A DNA stretch of 64,000 bases from Octopus sinensis. Lineage: Eukaryota. Within the stretch, counting starts at the first letter, position 1; the number at the start of each line of letters is the position of its first letter. The stretch lies in assembly GCF_006345805.1 (NCBI RefSeq), contig NC_043015.1, forward strand, positions 8,184,001 to 8,248,000, in the 5' to 3' direction. Shown piece after piece: positions 39,100 to 52,241 of this stretch. Both the position numbers and the translations under genes were made by a program. The notes below the pieces were generated by a model. That model saw only the letters and a program-made list of their open reading frames with translations, searched no databases and had not been told where the DNA came from.

Positions 39100-39560
39100 A
39101 GTGGGGAAAGTACGGGTGGGGTGTGGGTTCGGCTGAGGGTTGGGGTAGAGTTGGGATATGTGGGTAAGAGAGGGTGGGGGTAAAGTTGGTGCTTGTGGGT
39201 AGGCAGTGGGTGGGGGGAGCTTTGGGTATGTCGGAGTGGGTGTAGGGGATAGGATGGGAGGATGGGAAGGTGGAGTAGGAATGTGTAGGGGTGGTGTGGG
39301 TTTATGTGGGAGGGCTGACGATGAAGAGTGAAGGGGAAGTTGGGTATGTGAGGAGATAGAGTAACAGAGAAGAGAGAAAGTAAGAGAGAATAGAGAAAGA
39401 GAGTAAGAGAGAAAGAGGGAAGAGAGAAATAGAGTAATAGAGAAGAGGGAAAGAGAGTAGAGGTAAAGAGAAGTAGGAGTCGGGGCAAGAGAGAAGAGTT
39501 GGGTAGGAGAATGTAGGAGGGAGGGGAGAGGGGCAAGGGGGGAGATAGATGAAGAGGGGA
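39100..39560 (+). other. Strongly G/purine-skewed low-complexity tract
   Basis: More than 20 runs of GGG or longer in 39100-39320, followed by (GA)-rich sequence. Confidence 0.85.
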
Positions 39561-39830
39561 GGAGAGTTGAGCCCAAATGGCGTAAAGGAGCGATGAGAGA
39601 AGATTAATCCCTGTTCATGGCGCAAACGTGAAGATCTTCATGCATTGGTGAACAATCAAAGGCTTTCGAGAGAATAATGATTAATATGGTAGTTGAGAAA
39701 AAGTTAGCTGACATGGAGGAATGTCAGGAATTTCATCTATCCATCTACTTATCCCCGCTTTCTATAAGCGAGTTTCTGTTGAATATACTCGGAGAACACT
39801 TCACCTGCTAAAAAATGATATAAATATGAA

Positions 39831-40435
39831 ATATTTATTTCTTTATTGCCCACAGTGGGTTAAAAATAGAGGGGCAAACAATGACAGACAAAGGGATTAA
39901 GTCGATTACATCGACTCCAGTGCGTAACTGGTACTTAATGTATCGACCCCGAAAGGATGAAAGGCAAAGTTGACCTCGGCGGGATTTTCCACTCAGAACG
40001 TAACGGCAGACGAAATACCTGTTCCTTTATTACCCACAAGGGGCTAAACATAGAGGGGACAAACAAGGACAGACAAAAGAATCAAGTCGATTATATCGAC
40101 CCCAGTGCATAACTGGTACTTAATTTATCGACCCTGAAAGGATGAAAGGCAAAGTCGACCTCGGCAGAATTTGAACTCAGAACGATGCAGCAGACGGAAT
40201 ACCTATTTCTTTACTACCTACAAGGGGTTAAACGCTGAAAGGACAAAGAGGTACAGACAAACGGATTAAGTCGATTATATCGACACCAGTACGCAACAGA
40301 TACTTAATTTATCGACCCCGAAAGAATGAAAGTAAAGTCGACCTCATTGGAATTTGAACTCAGAAAGTAACGGCAGACGAAATACCGCTAAGCATTTCGC
40401 CCGGCGTACTAACGATTCTGCTAGCTCGCCGCCCT
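39831..40435 (-). mobile_element. SINE family B trimer (one head, three ~185-bp bodies) inside a single 17-bp TSD
   Basis: aa(g/a)g(c/t)aaagt..acctc recurs at ~39961, 40146 and 40330. Flanking aatgatataaatatgaa at 39814-39830 and 40436-40452. Confidence 0.95.
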
Positions 40436-41888
40436 AATGATATAAATATGAAGTATTAAATTCGTGAGTAATATATCATCTTCTGTGACAAACTATTTGC
40501 ATACATATTACGACGTTTACATGTAGCATCCGCCGATTCAGAACATAGAAGCAGACGTTCTTGCAGTCAAGAGAAGAATCATAAATAATGATAATTTTCT
40601 CATTTGTATTTTTGATCTTTAATGCTCTTTGTTAAAGTGCATCATATTTCTAAACTTACACATCGTTTACTTCCGGTTAATGGCCGAGAAAGTTGTGAAT
40701 GTGTTACTACTACACTTTCCAAGGTGTAATCGCTTCTCCGATGAAAGGGGTGTCGCATTATTTTTCCACCTCCCTCCATTGTCTTTGGCGATTGTAACTG
40801 GTCTAATGAAAGAGAAGCTTACGTTTGTTTTCTGTCCGAGTGAAACAAGATACATCGCATTTAATTGCACAAGTAAATAGCTAAAATCTTAAAATTAGAT
40901 TGACCACAGGTCCGATTGAAAAGTTCCCCGCGCCCTGTTTTGGAAATTATTCCTTTCGTCTACAGTCTGCATTCCTTGATACCGGAAACAATAAACATGT
41001 GAAACATGCCTACTCTTCAGCCTCCATATATTTCCAGTTTTACACAATGGTGATCAAAGTCTAAGTATCATATTCATGCAAATATCAGAATATATGCTAG
41101 AATTCACGGGACGCATAGAGTGCGTTGAATGCTTGTAGGCAAGTGTTCGGAATAAAAGCTCCATCAAACTTAACAGATATTTTTCTCATAGAAAACATAA
41201 CCACGGAATGGTTTCTGACATTTTTCTAGTTACCACTACATTATCGTAAACGTAAATATGTAAATTCACATTTCAATTTTTTTCAACGTGAGTTATATTG
41301 CATTAACACTCAACCTTTCCATTACAAAAAAGTCTACTTACACATTTTGAGTTGTTTTAAGCAGAGTTACTTCTAATATAATACAACAAATACAAACTTG
41401 GGATTAAGTTACTTCTGATTGCTCTCTGTATTTTCTTATTCAAATGAATGTAATTCAACCTGTTCTCCTGCCTTCCGTTGTAAAATAGGAAAGAGCGAAA
41501 ACTGAATTTTTGCTTAAGGCTTTCTGAGTCTGTTCGATATTTTTCTAGTCTGATTTTATAATTATATTTGAAATTAATTGCAAGATGTGTTTATTAACGT
41601 TATCAAGGCTATTTAATAGTGATAGACTGCTGCGAAAATCTTCCTAGAGATACGGAGGTTATTTTTCAAGACGAAAAGCAATTTAAATGTCTATTTGCAC
41701 AAAAATATGCAGTTAAGCATCTACAGACAAAACTTTCCTCTGCAGCATATGATGTGAAAGAAACAGAAATTATCTAAAAAAACTTCCGTTAGTAAAAGTA
41801 GTAAACAACCATTTTAATTCCGAGGCAATATGTTGATAAGTCATTTAATCACAGTGATGTCCAGAAACGCCGTTCACATCAGTAGCAA

Positions 41889-41941
41889 ATGAAAATGACG
41901 ACGACGATGATGATGATGACGACGGCGACGACGACGACTAC

Positions 41942-41972
<31 letters not shown>

Positions 41973-42055
41973 ATGATGATGATGGCGATGATGATGATGA
42001 TGATGATGACGACGACGACGACGACGACGACGACGATGATGATGATGATGATGAC

Positions 42056-42094
<39 letters not shown>

Positions 42095-42095
42095 A

Positions 42096-42128
<33 letters not shown>

Positions 42129-42200
42129 TGGATGATGATAATGATGTTGATGATGATGGCGGCGATGATGACGACGATGATGATGATGATGGCGATGATA
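41889..42200. repeat. Long compound (ATG)/(ACG)/(GTG) trinucleotide tract
   Basis: Direct reading. Source of the poly-Met ORF. Confidence 0.95.
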
Positions 42201-42214
42201 TTAATTTTCCAGGC

Positions 42215-42357
42215 TCTTAGAAATCAGTATGCCGGAATGGAAAACTGTATTATCATCAGATCAAGATAAGTCGAGTGAAGTCATCCTAAGTAGGGGAATC
42301 TTCCAAGGTTATATACTTTCACCACTGCTATTCGTGTTTGCCCTTATACCTCTAATA

Positions 42358-42442
<85 letters not shown>

Positions 42443-43410
42443 GAGGGTGATGGTGGTTAAAACATGCTACGGATTTAGCAGTAATGAGAAAAATACATTT
42501 ATAGACGACCTGAAAATATTTGCCAAAAGCAAGAAAGCTTTAGCTTCACTGGTTAAGAATGTTAGAGTTATGAGGGATGGCATTCGCATGGGGTTTAGGA
42601 ATAGATAAATGTGAAATGTTAGTGATAAAGTGGGGAAAATACCCAAGTCTGAAGGAATTAAACTCCGAAATGGAACAATGAATGAGGGTGACCGTTCTAT
42701 GTACTTATGTGTATTGGAGGCATATAGAATCGTTACTTTTACTCTTTTACTTGTTTCAGTTATTTGACTGCTGCCATGCTGGAGCACCGCCTTTAGTCGA
42801 GCAAATCGACCCCAGGACTTATTCTTTGGAAGCCTAGTATTTATTCTATCGATCTCTTTTTCCGAACTGTTAAGTTACAGGGACGTAAACACACCACCAT
42901 CGGTTGTCAAGCGAAGTTGGGGGGAAAAACACAGACACACAAACTTACACACACACACAGACATATATATATATATATATATATAATATATATATATAAT
43001 ATATATATATATATAATATATATATATATATACACGACGGTTTTTTTCAGTTTCCGTCTACCAAATCCACTCACAAGGCTTTGGTCGGCCCGAGGCTATA
43101 GTAGAAGACTCTTGCCGAAGATGCCACGCAGTGGGACCGTTCCCCCATGGAACCATGTGGTTGGTAAGCAAGCTACTTACCACACAACCACTCCTGCAAA
43201 GAAATGAAATAAATGGTAAGAAACAAATATCTCAGGAGAGTAAAAACAGGTGCCAGGCTCGAAATTTGATGGAGATAAAATCATGTCTGCAGTCAAAACA
43301 TGGGCAGTAACTCTAATACAAATATTCTGTTGTTTTCTGGAAATGAACTAAGGAAGAACTAAGAGACTTACCTTGAAAGATCAGAAAGATAATGTCCGTG
43401 AAAGCCTAAT
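42215..43410 (+). pseudogene. R4/Dong-like reverse transcriptase fragment interrupted by (GA)n and a SINE
   Basis: WKTVL...RGIFQGYILSPLLFVFALIPL, FIDDLKIFAKS, and after the SINE KYLRRVK...MSAVKTWAV...KEEL. Confidence 0.85.
42737..43197 (-). mobile_element. Near full-length SINE family A inserted in the RT fragment
   Basis: Tail ttttactcttttacttgtttcag through head cacacaaccactcctgc. Confidence 0.95.
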
Positions 43411-44167
43411 CTTACCATGTGTATGCTTTACTCATATAATAAATGATCAGAATGTCACTGCTGTATTGCTCATATTGCGAACTCCCTGAACCTTTATATC
43501 TTAATGCTTTTGCCGTTGCTATGAATGATACTAATTGCATTCAACTGTGGTTGATGGGAGAATTTGTTGCTTCTCCTGGTTCGATCCTCGTCTCTGCGGA
43601 TTTATTTAATGATTCATTTATTCTCTGTGGTATTGCCTGAAATCCGGCAATCTTAATGAATTTTTTTTTTTGGCTGTAATTATTGTAATTTTTTTCTTGT
43701 TGTTTTAAGCTTTTTGAGTAGAAAGCTCTTAAATAATCGTTGCTGCCACAAATGCTGAAATCGAGGCAGCTCTCTCCTAAATACGTCGCAGTCATTACGT
43801 TTTATGTAGTTCCACAAATGCCGGAGAAATAGCTAGTTATTGGTGCTCTCACACGATCACATTTTGCCAAATGGGTTGCTGGTATCGATCATACTTTCCC
43901 CATTAATTCTTGATTCGTGCAAAAATTTGAAACACCATTATCGTTTTTAAGGTAGCAAGCATGCAGAGTTGTCACTATAAACGTACATAACGCTTAGTGA
44001 CACTACTAAGGTCTTACCATTTACTACATCCTCTGGATGGTGACAGTACCACTTATGATGGCATTTAATTTTCTAGTATTTACAAGCATTCCAGTGTATG
44101 CATCCCCCTAGGTGGTCAATTACCATCATCATCATCATCGTCATCGTTGTCGTTATTATTATTATTA

Positions 44168-44227
<60 letters not shown>

Positions 44228-44230
<3 letters not shown>

Positions 44231-44686
44231 TAGTTTTATTTTTATAACGTGCTTTCACTTCCCTACCGAGCGCAGCTCTGTGTGCCTTGGGTGTGTGCTG
44301 TGATTTGTTGTGATGCTCTGATGTTTGTTGTGATGCTCTGATGGTTATTGTATGGAAAGTGTTCTGCGTAGGATGTGTGCAGTGCCTAGTAGTGCAATTT
44401 TCTGTATGTTATATGTGTTTGTAAGTCCTGGTGTTTTTGTTATGTATTTGTCTGAATATTTTTTATCATGCCTAATGCACCTACTATGATAGGAATTGTT
44501 TCTGTTTTTAGATTCTACATTCTGGTTACCTCTATTTCCAGGTCTTTGTATTTTGAGAGTTTCTCCATTTCTTTTAGAGACACGTTGTCATCTGCTGGTA
44601 TTGATACATCAATTAGAAGCATTTTTTCTTCATGATCTCTGACAACTATATCTGGTCTGTTGGCTTTAATTTCTCTATGTGTGTGT
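44228..44686 (-). mobile_element. 5'-truncated R4/Dong-like LINE 3' end between (TAA)n tracts
   Basis: Minus frame HREIKANRPDIVVRDHEEK..LIDVSIPADDNVSLKEMEKLSKYKDLEIEVTRM...IPIIVGALGMIKK...ALLGTAHILRRTLSIQ* (stop 44345-44347). (ATT)n at ~44153-44227 and 44687-44699. Confidence 0.92.
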
Positions 44687-44839
44687 TATTATTATTATTG
44701 CCTTTGCACAGCTTCTAACGCTGGAGATGTACTACGGTGGCAGCTGTTCACTACCAGTAACACCTCTTATTTTTAAAGCAACCTCCAGTGCATTTGGCGG
44801 TTCCGTTATTGCAGCCCGTATTTTGTTCCATTATTATTA

Positions 44840-44909
<70 letters not shown>

Positions 44910-45501
44910 GATTATTAATTGTTGTAGTGATAGTGGTTACTTCCTTTTCTGTTTTTGTTAATATCTTCCTCATTTTCCTCTTTATATCATTAATTATTCG
45001 AACACATTTTTGTTATTATGCGTTTGACCTCATTATCATTTATCAGATGTACTTCTATATAGATTTGTTAATATTCAAGATACTTCTCATTATTTGTTTG
45101 TGAATTCTGAAACTGTATTGCATATTTCTCGACGTATTTAATCTAATGTTCTTGAAATCGATTTTTTGAATTATTAATATATTATTTATATGTCATTATA
45201 TTTTTATATTTCTATATTTCTATATTTTACTTTTCAATTTGGGAACACAAGCACTGTTGTATTCATTATTACAACAGGCCAATCGCTAAATCCTTATACT
45301 TTTTCAATCTGGGTTTTAAGCCGGATCTGAAAACTATAACGAGAAATAGATTATGGTGCGAGGGTGCATATTTTGAACAAGTCGGTTTATGCATAAGTAC
45401 ATATGTATTATGCATAGATATACTACATATGATACTAATGTATTTATAGATACGTTTATACACACACACACACATATGAATATATACATCATATATATTT
45501 C

Positions 45502-45722
45502 TTTTACTTGTTTCAGTCATTTGGACTGTAGCCATGATGCATTAACCACGTTTAGTCGAGAAAATTGATCGCAGGACTTATTCTTTGCAAGCCTTCTACT
45601 TATTATATCGGTCTATTTTGCCGAACCGCTAAGATGCGGGGACGTAAACGCACTAGCATAGGTTGTCAAACGATGGTGAGAGGGACAGAAACACACACCA
45701 AAACATACACACAGACACACAA

Positions 45723-45779
<57 letters not shown>

Positions 45780-45912
45780 ACATACAAGGGGCTTCTTTCA
45801 GTTTCAGTCTACCAAAATACTCTCATAATCTTTGATCGGCCCGAAGCTATAGAAGAAGACACTTACTCAAGATGCCACGCAAGCTACTTACCACAAATCC
45901 ACACCAGCGCCT
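45502..45912 (-). mobile_element. SINE family A copy, diverged
   Basis: Tail, microsatellite, CORE-like segment and partly deleted head. Confidence 0.88.
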
Positions 45913-47084
45913 ATGTATATATATATATTTCAATTTCATTATTAATAACTTATTTTCGGGTCATTACTCTCATTCGACACGAGGTGGGTTTGCTATCTTA
46001 TAGCATTTACATTTATATTTTACTGTCTATTTTGACTTCGTCGAACCACCAAATTCGAAACGAAAATGGCACCGTTATAGTATGAAAATCAGCCTACCAA
46101 ACAAATTCAAATGCACATTCGTTGAATAGTGCATTCCTGCCATGAACAGGAATGTTTTACTCTGAGTAACAGATTTGTGATAACATTCCAACTTTCATAA
46201 AAGGATTTTATTCGCTCATAGGTATTCGAGTGGTAACATTTTCCACTATGTTGTCTATTTATGTACTCATATGATTGTGTGTGTGTGTGTGTGTGTGTTC
46301 GTCTATTCTGCTAAACCTCCACTTACGCAAGTCTGCTCCTGAAATAGAGCTGATTTATTTAATACTGCGTGTATGGAAAATGGACTTACATTTGAGGCTG
46401 CAAATACCTACATTAAGTATACAAAATGGCCCCTCTCACACATAACATTCCATTAGAGATGCGTTTTAGTCTTTCGAGCATTCTCGGGAGATTTTTATTA
46501 CGTCGATGTTTTCCGAAATATTTTCTTAACATTATCTTGAAGTGTTTTCTTATGGGCTTTCATAGGAATCACCTCATCTAAAAATAAATGTTCTACGGTT
46601 TATATTCCCAGGTATTTTCTTTATATGATTAGTATATTTTGCTCTTATAACACTAATGATATTTTATATACACTTCTTTTTATCGTGCTAGCAAATATAT
46701 GTACATAAATCATATTAGTTTGAGAATTTCTTATCCAGTAAATGTCGTTATTACTTATAGAGCAGGTAAAAAGGAAATCAAGATTTCCATACGTATATAT
46801 ATATATTTAAAAAAAGAAAAGAAAAAAAACGATACACACACACATTCAAATAGTAACACAAATAAATAGTTTGACCCGGAATGTGATGTATGATATTGTA
46901 CATGAAGGAGGTTTAGAAAAAGTAAGAGGACAAAAATGGTAAGACAAACAAAAACAACATACAATTACCATGAAAAAATGCTACTCGATGCATTTTGTTT
47001 TCGTTGGAACTCAGAAACAGGAAGAGGTAAACACGACATAATGAAATCAAGCAAGAAGAAAAAAATGTAAAGGCAGTAACATGT

Positions 47085-47300
47085 GGAGGCGCAATGGCCT
47101 AGTGGTTAGAGCAGCGGACTTGCGGTCGGAGGATCGCGGTTTCGATTCCCAGACCGGGCGTTGTGTGTGTTTATTGAGCGAAAACACCTAAAAGCTCCAC
47201 GAGGCTCCGGCAGGGGATGGTGGTGATCCCTGCTGTACTCTTTCACCACTCTAAAGGCGGTGCTCCAGCATGGCCGCAGTCAAATGACTGAAACAAGTAC
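47085..47300 (+). mobile_element. tRNA-derived SINE family D with the family A tail
   Basis: A-box tggcctagtgg, B-box gtttcgattcc, a different short body, then aaaggcggtgctccagcatggccgcagtcaaatgactgaaacaagta. Confidence 0.85.
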
Positions 47301-47457
47301 AAAAAAATATATATATATTTGTCAAGAGAAAGAATAGTTTTATATGACGAATAGGATGGTCTCGTTGTCACTTCTCTACGCAAATACTGTTCCTTCACTG
47401 AATTGACAAATCAGAGAGTTGATCAATTCTAACATTTCCCATATATATATATACATA

Positions 47458-48064
47458 GGCGTAGGAATGGCTATGTGGTAGTAGCTTGCTACCAACCACA
47501 TGGTTCCGGGATCAGTCCCGCTGCGTGGCACCTTGGGTAAGTGTCTTCTGCTATCGCTTCGGGCCGACCAAAGCCTTATGAGTGGATTTGGTAGACGGAA
47601 ACTGAAAGAAGCACGTCGTATATATGTGTATATTTCTTTACTACCCACAAGTGGCTAAACACAGAGGGGACAAACAAAGACAGACAAACGGATTAAGCCG
47701 ATTACATCGACCCCAATGCGTAACTGGTACTTAATTTATCGACCTCGGCGGAATTTGAACCCAGAACGTAACGGCAGACGAAATACGGCTACGCATTTCG
47801 CCCGGCGTGCTAACCTTTCTGCAAGCTCGCCGCCTTCATAAATATGTATATGTATGTGTGTCTGTGTTTTCCCCCCATCATCGCTTGACAACCGATGCTA
47901 TGTTGGTGTGTTTACGCCCCCGTAACGTAGCGGTTCGGCAAAAGAGACGATAGAACAAGTACTAGCCTTACAAAGAATAAGTCCTGGGGTCAAATTGTTC
48001 GACTAATTGCGGTGCTCTAGCATGGCCACACTCAAGTGACTGAAACAAGTAAAAGAGTAAAAGA
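47458..48064 (+). mobile_element. SINE family A host copy with nested insertion
   Basis: Head 47458-47620. The tail resumes at ~47840 and ends gaaacaagtaaaagagtaaaaga. Confidence 0.92.
47631..47836 (-). mobile_element. SINE family B nested antisense in the family A microsatellite, with internal deletion
   Basis: Tail tatttctttactaccc to head ctcgccgcc. The segment between two tcgac motifs is missing (tttatcgac|ctcggcgg). Confidence 0.92.
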
Positions 48065-48078
48065 TATATATATTATAT

Positions 48079-48150
<72 letters not shown>

Positions 48151-49059
48151 TCATATAACATTTTCGCGGTTGCGCGAAAATGTTTGCCTACTGTGAAGTA
48201 GTAAGCGACCAACTTTAACTCTGACTACTTTCTCTCAACTTCCTCCCTATTTTGTTTTACCTCCTCTTCTTTCCTAACTATTTCATCCAACTCCCACTCC
48301 TGAATATTTGACCTCTTCGTTTCTGTTTCTTTTCTTTTTTTTATATATATACTGTATAAACTTTTACGCATGGGTGCGCACCAAGTACCTCTTTATTGTA
48401 GACATCGAAAAGTAGCTCCAATTTAATATCAACAGAAACCATTCTACTAAAGTCAGCATCCATCTGCACTATATCCCGCTTCTTCACCTCTCTCATTTTC
48501 TTTATTCGTAACAAATTTAGACGAACACTCACTCGAAAAAATATTTGATATCTTCCTTCACATTTCTTCCTTACTGACCATTTTATTTCTACAAGCATGT
48601 CTTTTATACTTCTTTGTTTTTCTTTGTTATTTATTTAGCCTGTACCGCTAGCGTCACCACTCATTTCAAATTACATTTTCTGCGAGTTTACTTGTAATCC
48701 TTTAAAAATAATATAGCCTTCATATATCTGAGGTATCTTTGTACAACTGGTTGAGTAATTATTACATAAGAGGATCGGCTAGCTAGGAAACATATGGGGT
48801 CTGGCCTCTGCCTGTTCTACCGCCTCGAATTAAATTTTTGTTCGCATTCAAGTTTCTAACCAAGATCAACACAAGTTGCTAATCCTGGGCTTGAAAAACA
48901 AACAAACAAAAAAGCAAAATTCAGCTAATCGAAATTCGAGGTGGAGAAACTTCGAAACTTATCGTTCCTGAAAGTTGTCTTTCTATACACAGAACGGACT
49001 GCGCGAAGCTTAAAAGATCCAGCAATTAGCTCTTTGGATTTTTTAATTACATATCGATA

Positions 49060-49188
49060 ATATATATGAAGGCCATGAATGACCCGTCATTTTTGCCTGT
49101 CCTAACTATTGTTTCTCTTGTCCGCCTTGTATCGTCTATCTGTCCGAATGCTTTATTGTACTTTATTGCGTCTTTGTTCCCTTATATA

Positions 49189-49220
<32 letters not shown>

Positions 49221-49442
49221 GCGGCGTGAGTATACACATGTGCTCTCCCTGTGGTAGGTATGTATCTAAATTTTGTACGACTCAAACTCTATCTTTCAGT
49301 CCCCCTCTTTCTTTCTCTTGTTCCCCCTCTCTCTCAGATTTTGCGCTCTCTTTCTTTACCTCACACTATTTCCTACTCGCTTCTTTTTGTAACTTTCCTT
49401 TTCTCTCTGACATTTTTTCTAATTATTCAATCCCACTGCTCC

Positions 49443-49492
<50 letters not shown>

Positions 49493-50011
49493 TCTCTCTG
49501 CTCATTCCAAGTGACCTGAGTCCGGCCAGCCATGATCTTTCTTTCCTGGCCTGACTGCCGACAGCCAACAACTCTTATGTCCATCGCCTATGTTCCTGTC
49601 TTTAGGCTTTCGCTTCATACACGTCAGCTTCAATTTGATTCATTCTTAATCGAAAGACACCCGTTGTTATTTTCTTGTTGCCTGTGTTCGTCATTGTGTA
49701 CCATGTCCTCCCTTTTACGTATTTTTCTGTACAAATTTCTCTGATTTATACTTTTGTTGCCGTACACATTCGCTAGCTTTCTTAGGAAGGCATATAATGC
49801 TCTTAGCTTAGAATTTTCTTTTTTTTTGCGGGGGGGGGGGGGGGGCGAGGAGAGAACCAGATCGAACCGCCTCAAGTGTAATTGCCCGAAACGGTCGTGA
49901 CTTCTGGGATTTGACTGAGGAAAGAAGGCCTCTCATTCTAATTTTTGTCTCTCTTGACCGCCTTGTATCCTCTATCTGTCCGAATGTTTTATTGTTCTGT
50001 ATTGAGTTATA

Positions 50012-50058
<47 letters not shown>

Positions 50059-50160
50059 ATATATATATAATAGCGGTGTAGTACACACTTGTGCTCACAT
50101 TATAGTAGGTATGCAATCTAAATTTTGTACGACTCTAAGTTTAGTCCCCCTCTAAGTTTC
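49060..50160. mobile_element. Unclassified interspersed repeat: direct-repeat segments at ~49105-49305 and ~49945-50150; 49510-49960 is homologous to 52490-52960
   Basis: Shared ccgccttgtatc.tctatctgtccgaatg.tttattgt...(TA)n...gtatgcaatctaaattttgtacgactc, and shared cacgtcagct, tcgaaagac, acattcg, gcttaga, ccagatcg, ctcaag and ttgactga blocks. Confidence 0.65.
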
Positions 50161-50666
50161 TTCTATTTTTCTTTTCCTCGCTCCCCACTCTCACATTCCT
50201 TGGCTTATCAATGGTAACGATAATAAATAAGGGGCTTAGGAGCGTTTAAATTTACAATGTTGAATTAAGAAAAAAAACATGTTTAAGCGATCAAATGTTC
50301 AATTGTTCCCAGAAAGTTCAATGAGTTTCTCAGATACAGACAGTTATATAAGTTAAAATTTTCGATGAATATCATAACCAATATAGATGAGTGAAACTTC
50401 CGTCATACTGAGTGTTTTGAATGATACACACAGACACAGAGACACACATCCACACACATACACTCACAAATATGCACACACATACTAACTCAATCACACA
50501 CAAACACACACATACAAACAGAAGTAAACAGATAAACACAAACATAGACACAGACAAACAGACATAGACACATACACACACAGACACACACGCACACACG
50601 TACGCACACACACACACACACGCACATACGCCTACACATAAATACTCATAAACACACACATATGTA

Positions 50667-50830
50667 CAGGAGCAGGCATAGTGGTGCAGGAAGGAATTTG
50701 CTTCTATGCAATATAGTTCGTATTTTGTCCCCGTACGTGGAACTTTGGGCAAGTGCCTTCTGCTAAAGACACCGACCAACGACAGCCTTGTGTTTCGATT
50801 TGTAGTCAGAAGCAGATATACGCTATCGTA
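50667..50830 (+). mobile_element. Old SINE family A head
   Basis: caggagcaggcatagtggt...tggaactttgggcaagtgccttctgcta. Confidence 0.55.
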
Positions 50831-52093
50831 CATATATTGGCAGTTATTTGTATAAAGAGACATGAAATTAAAAGGAAAAAAAATATCTACATGGAGGACA
50901 CAATAGATGGCTCATTTTGATATTTCAAATTAATTGTCTATTATTTATACGTCACCAATAAATTTTCAATTCTTATTTAATTATTCTATTATTATATATT
51001 TTTATACGGCATTTTCAAATTTGTCATTCACAACAAAAAATACCGATAATCATAAAAATTGTGTTGTGTTTTTCCATGCGACATAATTATAATAAAATCA
51101 ACTGGAGATTCAATTCTACAAATGAGCAGAGCATTAGCAAAAACATCAGTAGTCATAGCTAATGTATGACAAATATTTGTATCTAAACGCTCTACTCAAT
51201 TATGCCTATTGCTACTTTATTTATACTTGACTATATCATATTTTCTTCCATGTAGTAAAATATCTGTCAATGAATAGTTAACATTTATTAGATGAAGGGA
51301 AGTGAAAAAAGCGACTAGAAAGCATAAGATATAATAGTTCCGTGTGGTTTGAGCTAACATATATTATGACCATCTAAATTTCATGAAGCTTTTTCGAGAA
51401 AGGAAATAGAGATGTTTTGACATATGTCAGTCTATGCACCGCTCACAGTTATACCTACGTGCCTGCCCGCATGACTGCCTACATACCTACCTCCCAATCT
51501 ACCTACCTAACTCCTTACCTATCTACCGGCCTGCTTCCTTGGCTGCTTACCCACCTACGTACGTAACTAATCACTTACTCGTCCATCTGTTTGTCTCCCT
51601 TCTATTTCTATTTAGAAGACCAAAAATATATATGCAAACATATATTCGTGTGCGTGTGTGTATATACAGATATAAAAATATACAGACACACACACACATA
51701 TATATGTGTGTTTTATATATTATATATATATATGTGTGTGTGTATATATATATGTATGTATATATATATTATATATATATATATATATATAATATATATA
51801 TATATATTATATATATACATAGAAATACTTTTATGCATAAACATTCACACAAACAATACACGCACATGCATGCATAATACATACATACACATATATACAT
51901 ACATACATACATACATACATAGATACATACATACATACATACATACATACATACATACATACATGCATACATACACACACACACATACATACATATATGT
52001 AAATGGAAAGTTTACGAAACTAAACAAAATACGAAGGAAGGTGGAGTACAAACAAACAAATGCATTAGTATAGCACTCAGGAATAGAAAAAAG

Positions 52094-52131
52094 TCTTTTA
52101 CGTTTCGAGCCTACGCTCTACGACAGAAAGA
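52094..52131 (-). ncRNA. Minimal hammerhead-like motif, copy 1 of tandem pair
   Basis: Minus strand tcttt CTGTCGT a gagc gtag gctc GAAAC GTA aaaga. Stems I and II are perfect and the core is non-canonical. Confidence 0.45.
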
Positions 52132-52241
52132 TACACAGATAAAAACAAGGAGAGAAAATAATGCGTGTAGGAGCTAACGATCAATCATGTATATATAGTT
52201 GAAATTTTAAGAAAAAAAGAAGACGACGGAAAAAATGAAAA

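Noticed and set aside
39831-40435. CRISPR-like periodicity (also at 17826-18062)
   Set aside because: The whole unit repeats with no unique spacers, the context is eukaryotic, and there are no cas genes.
47085-47160. Possible tRNA gene
   Set aside because: A and B boxes are present but there is no acceptor-stem closure or T-run terminator, and it continues into a SINE body and tail.
48270-48770. Possible L1/Tx1 ORF2 C-terminal fragment on the minus strand
   Set aside because: The resemblance is too faint to support by eye and needs a profile search.
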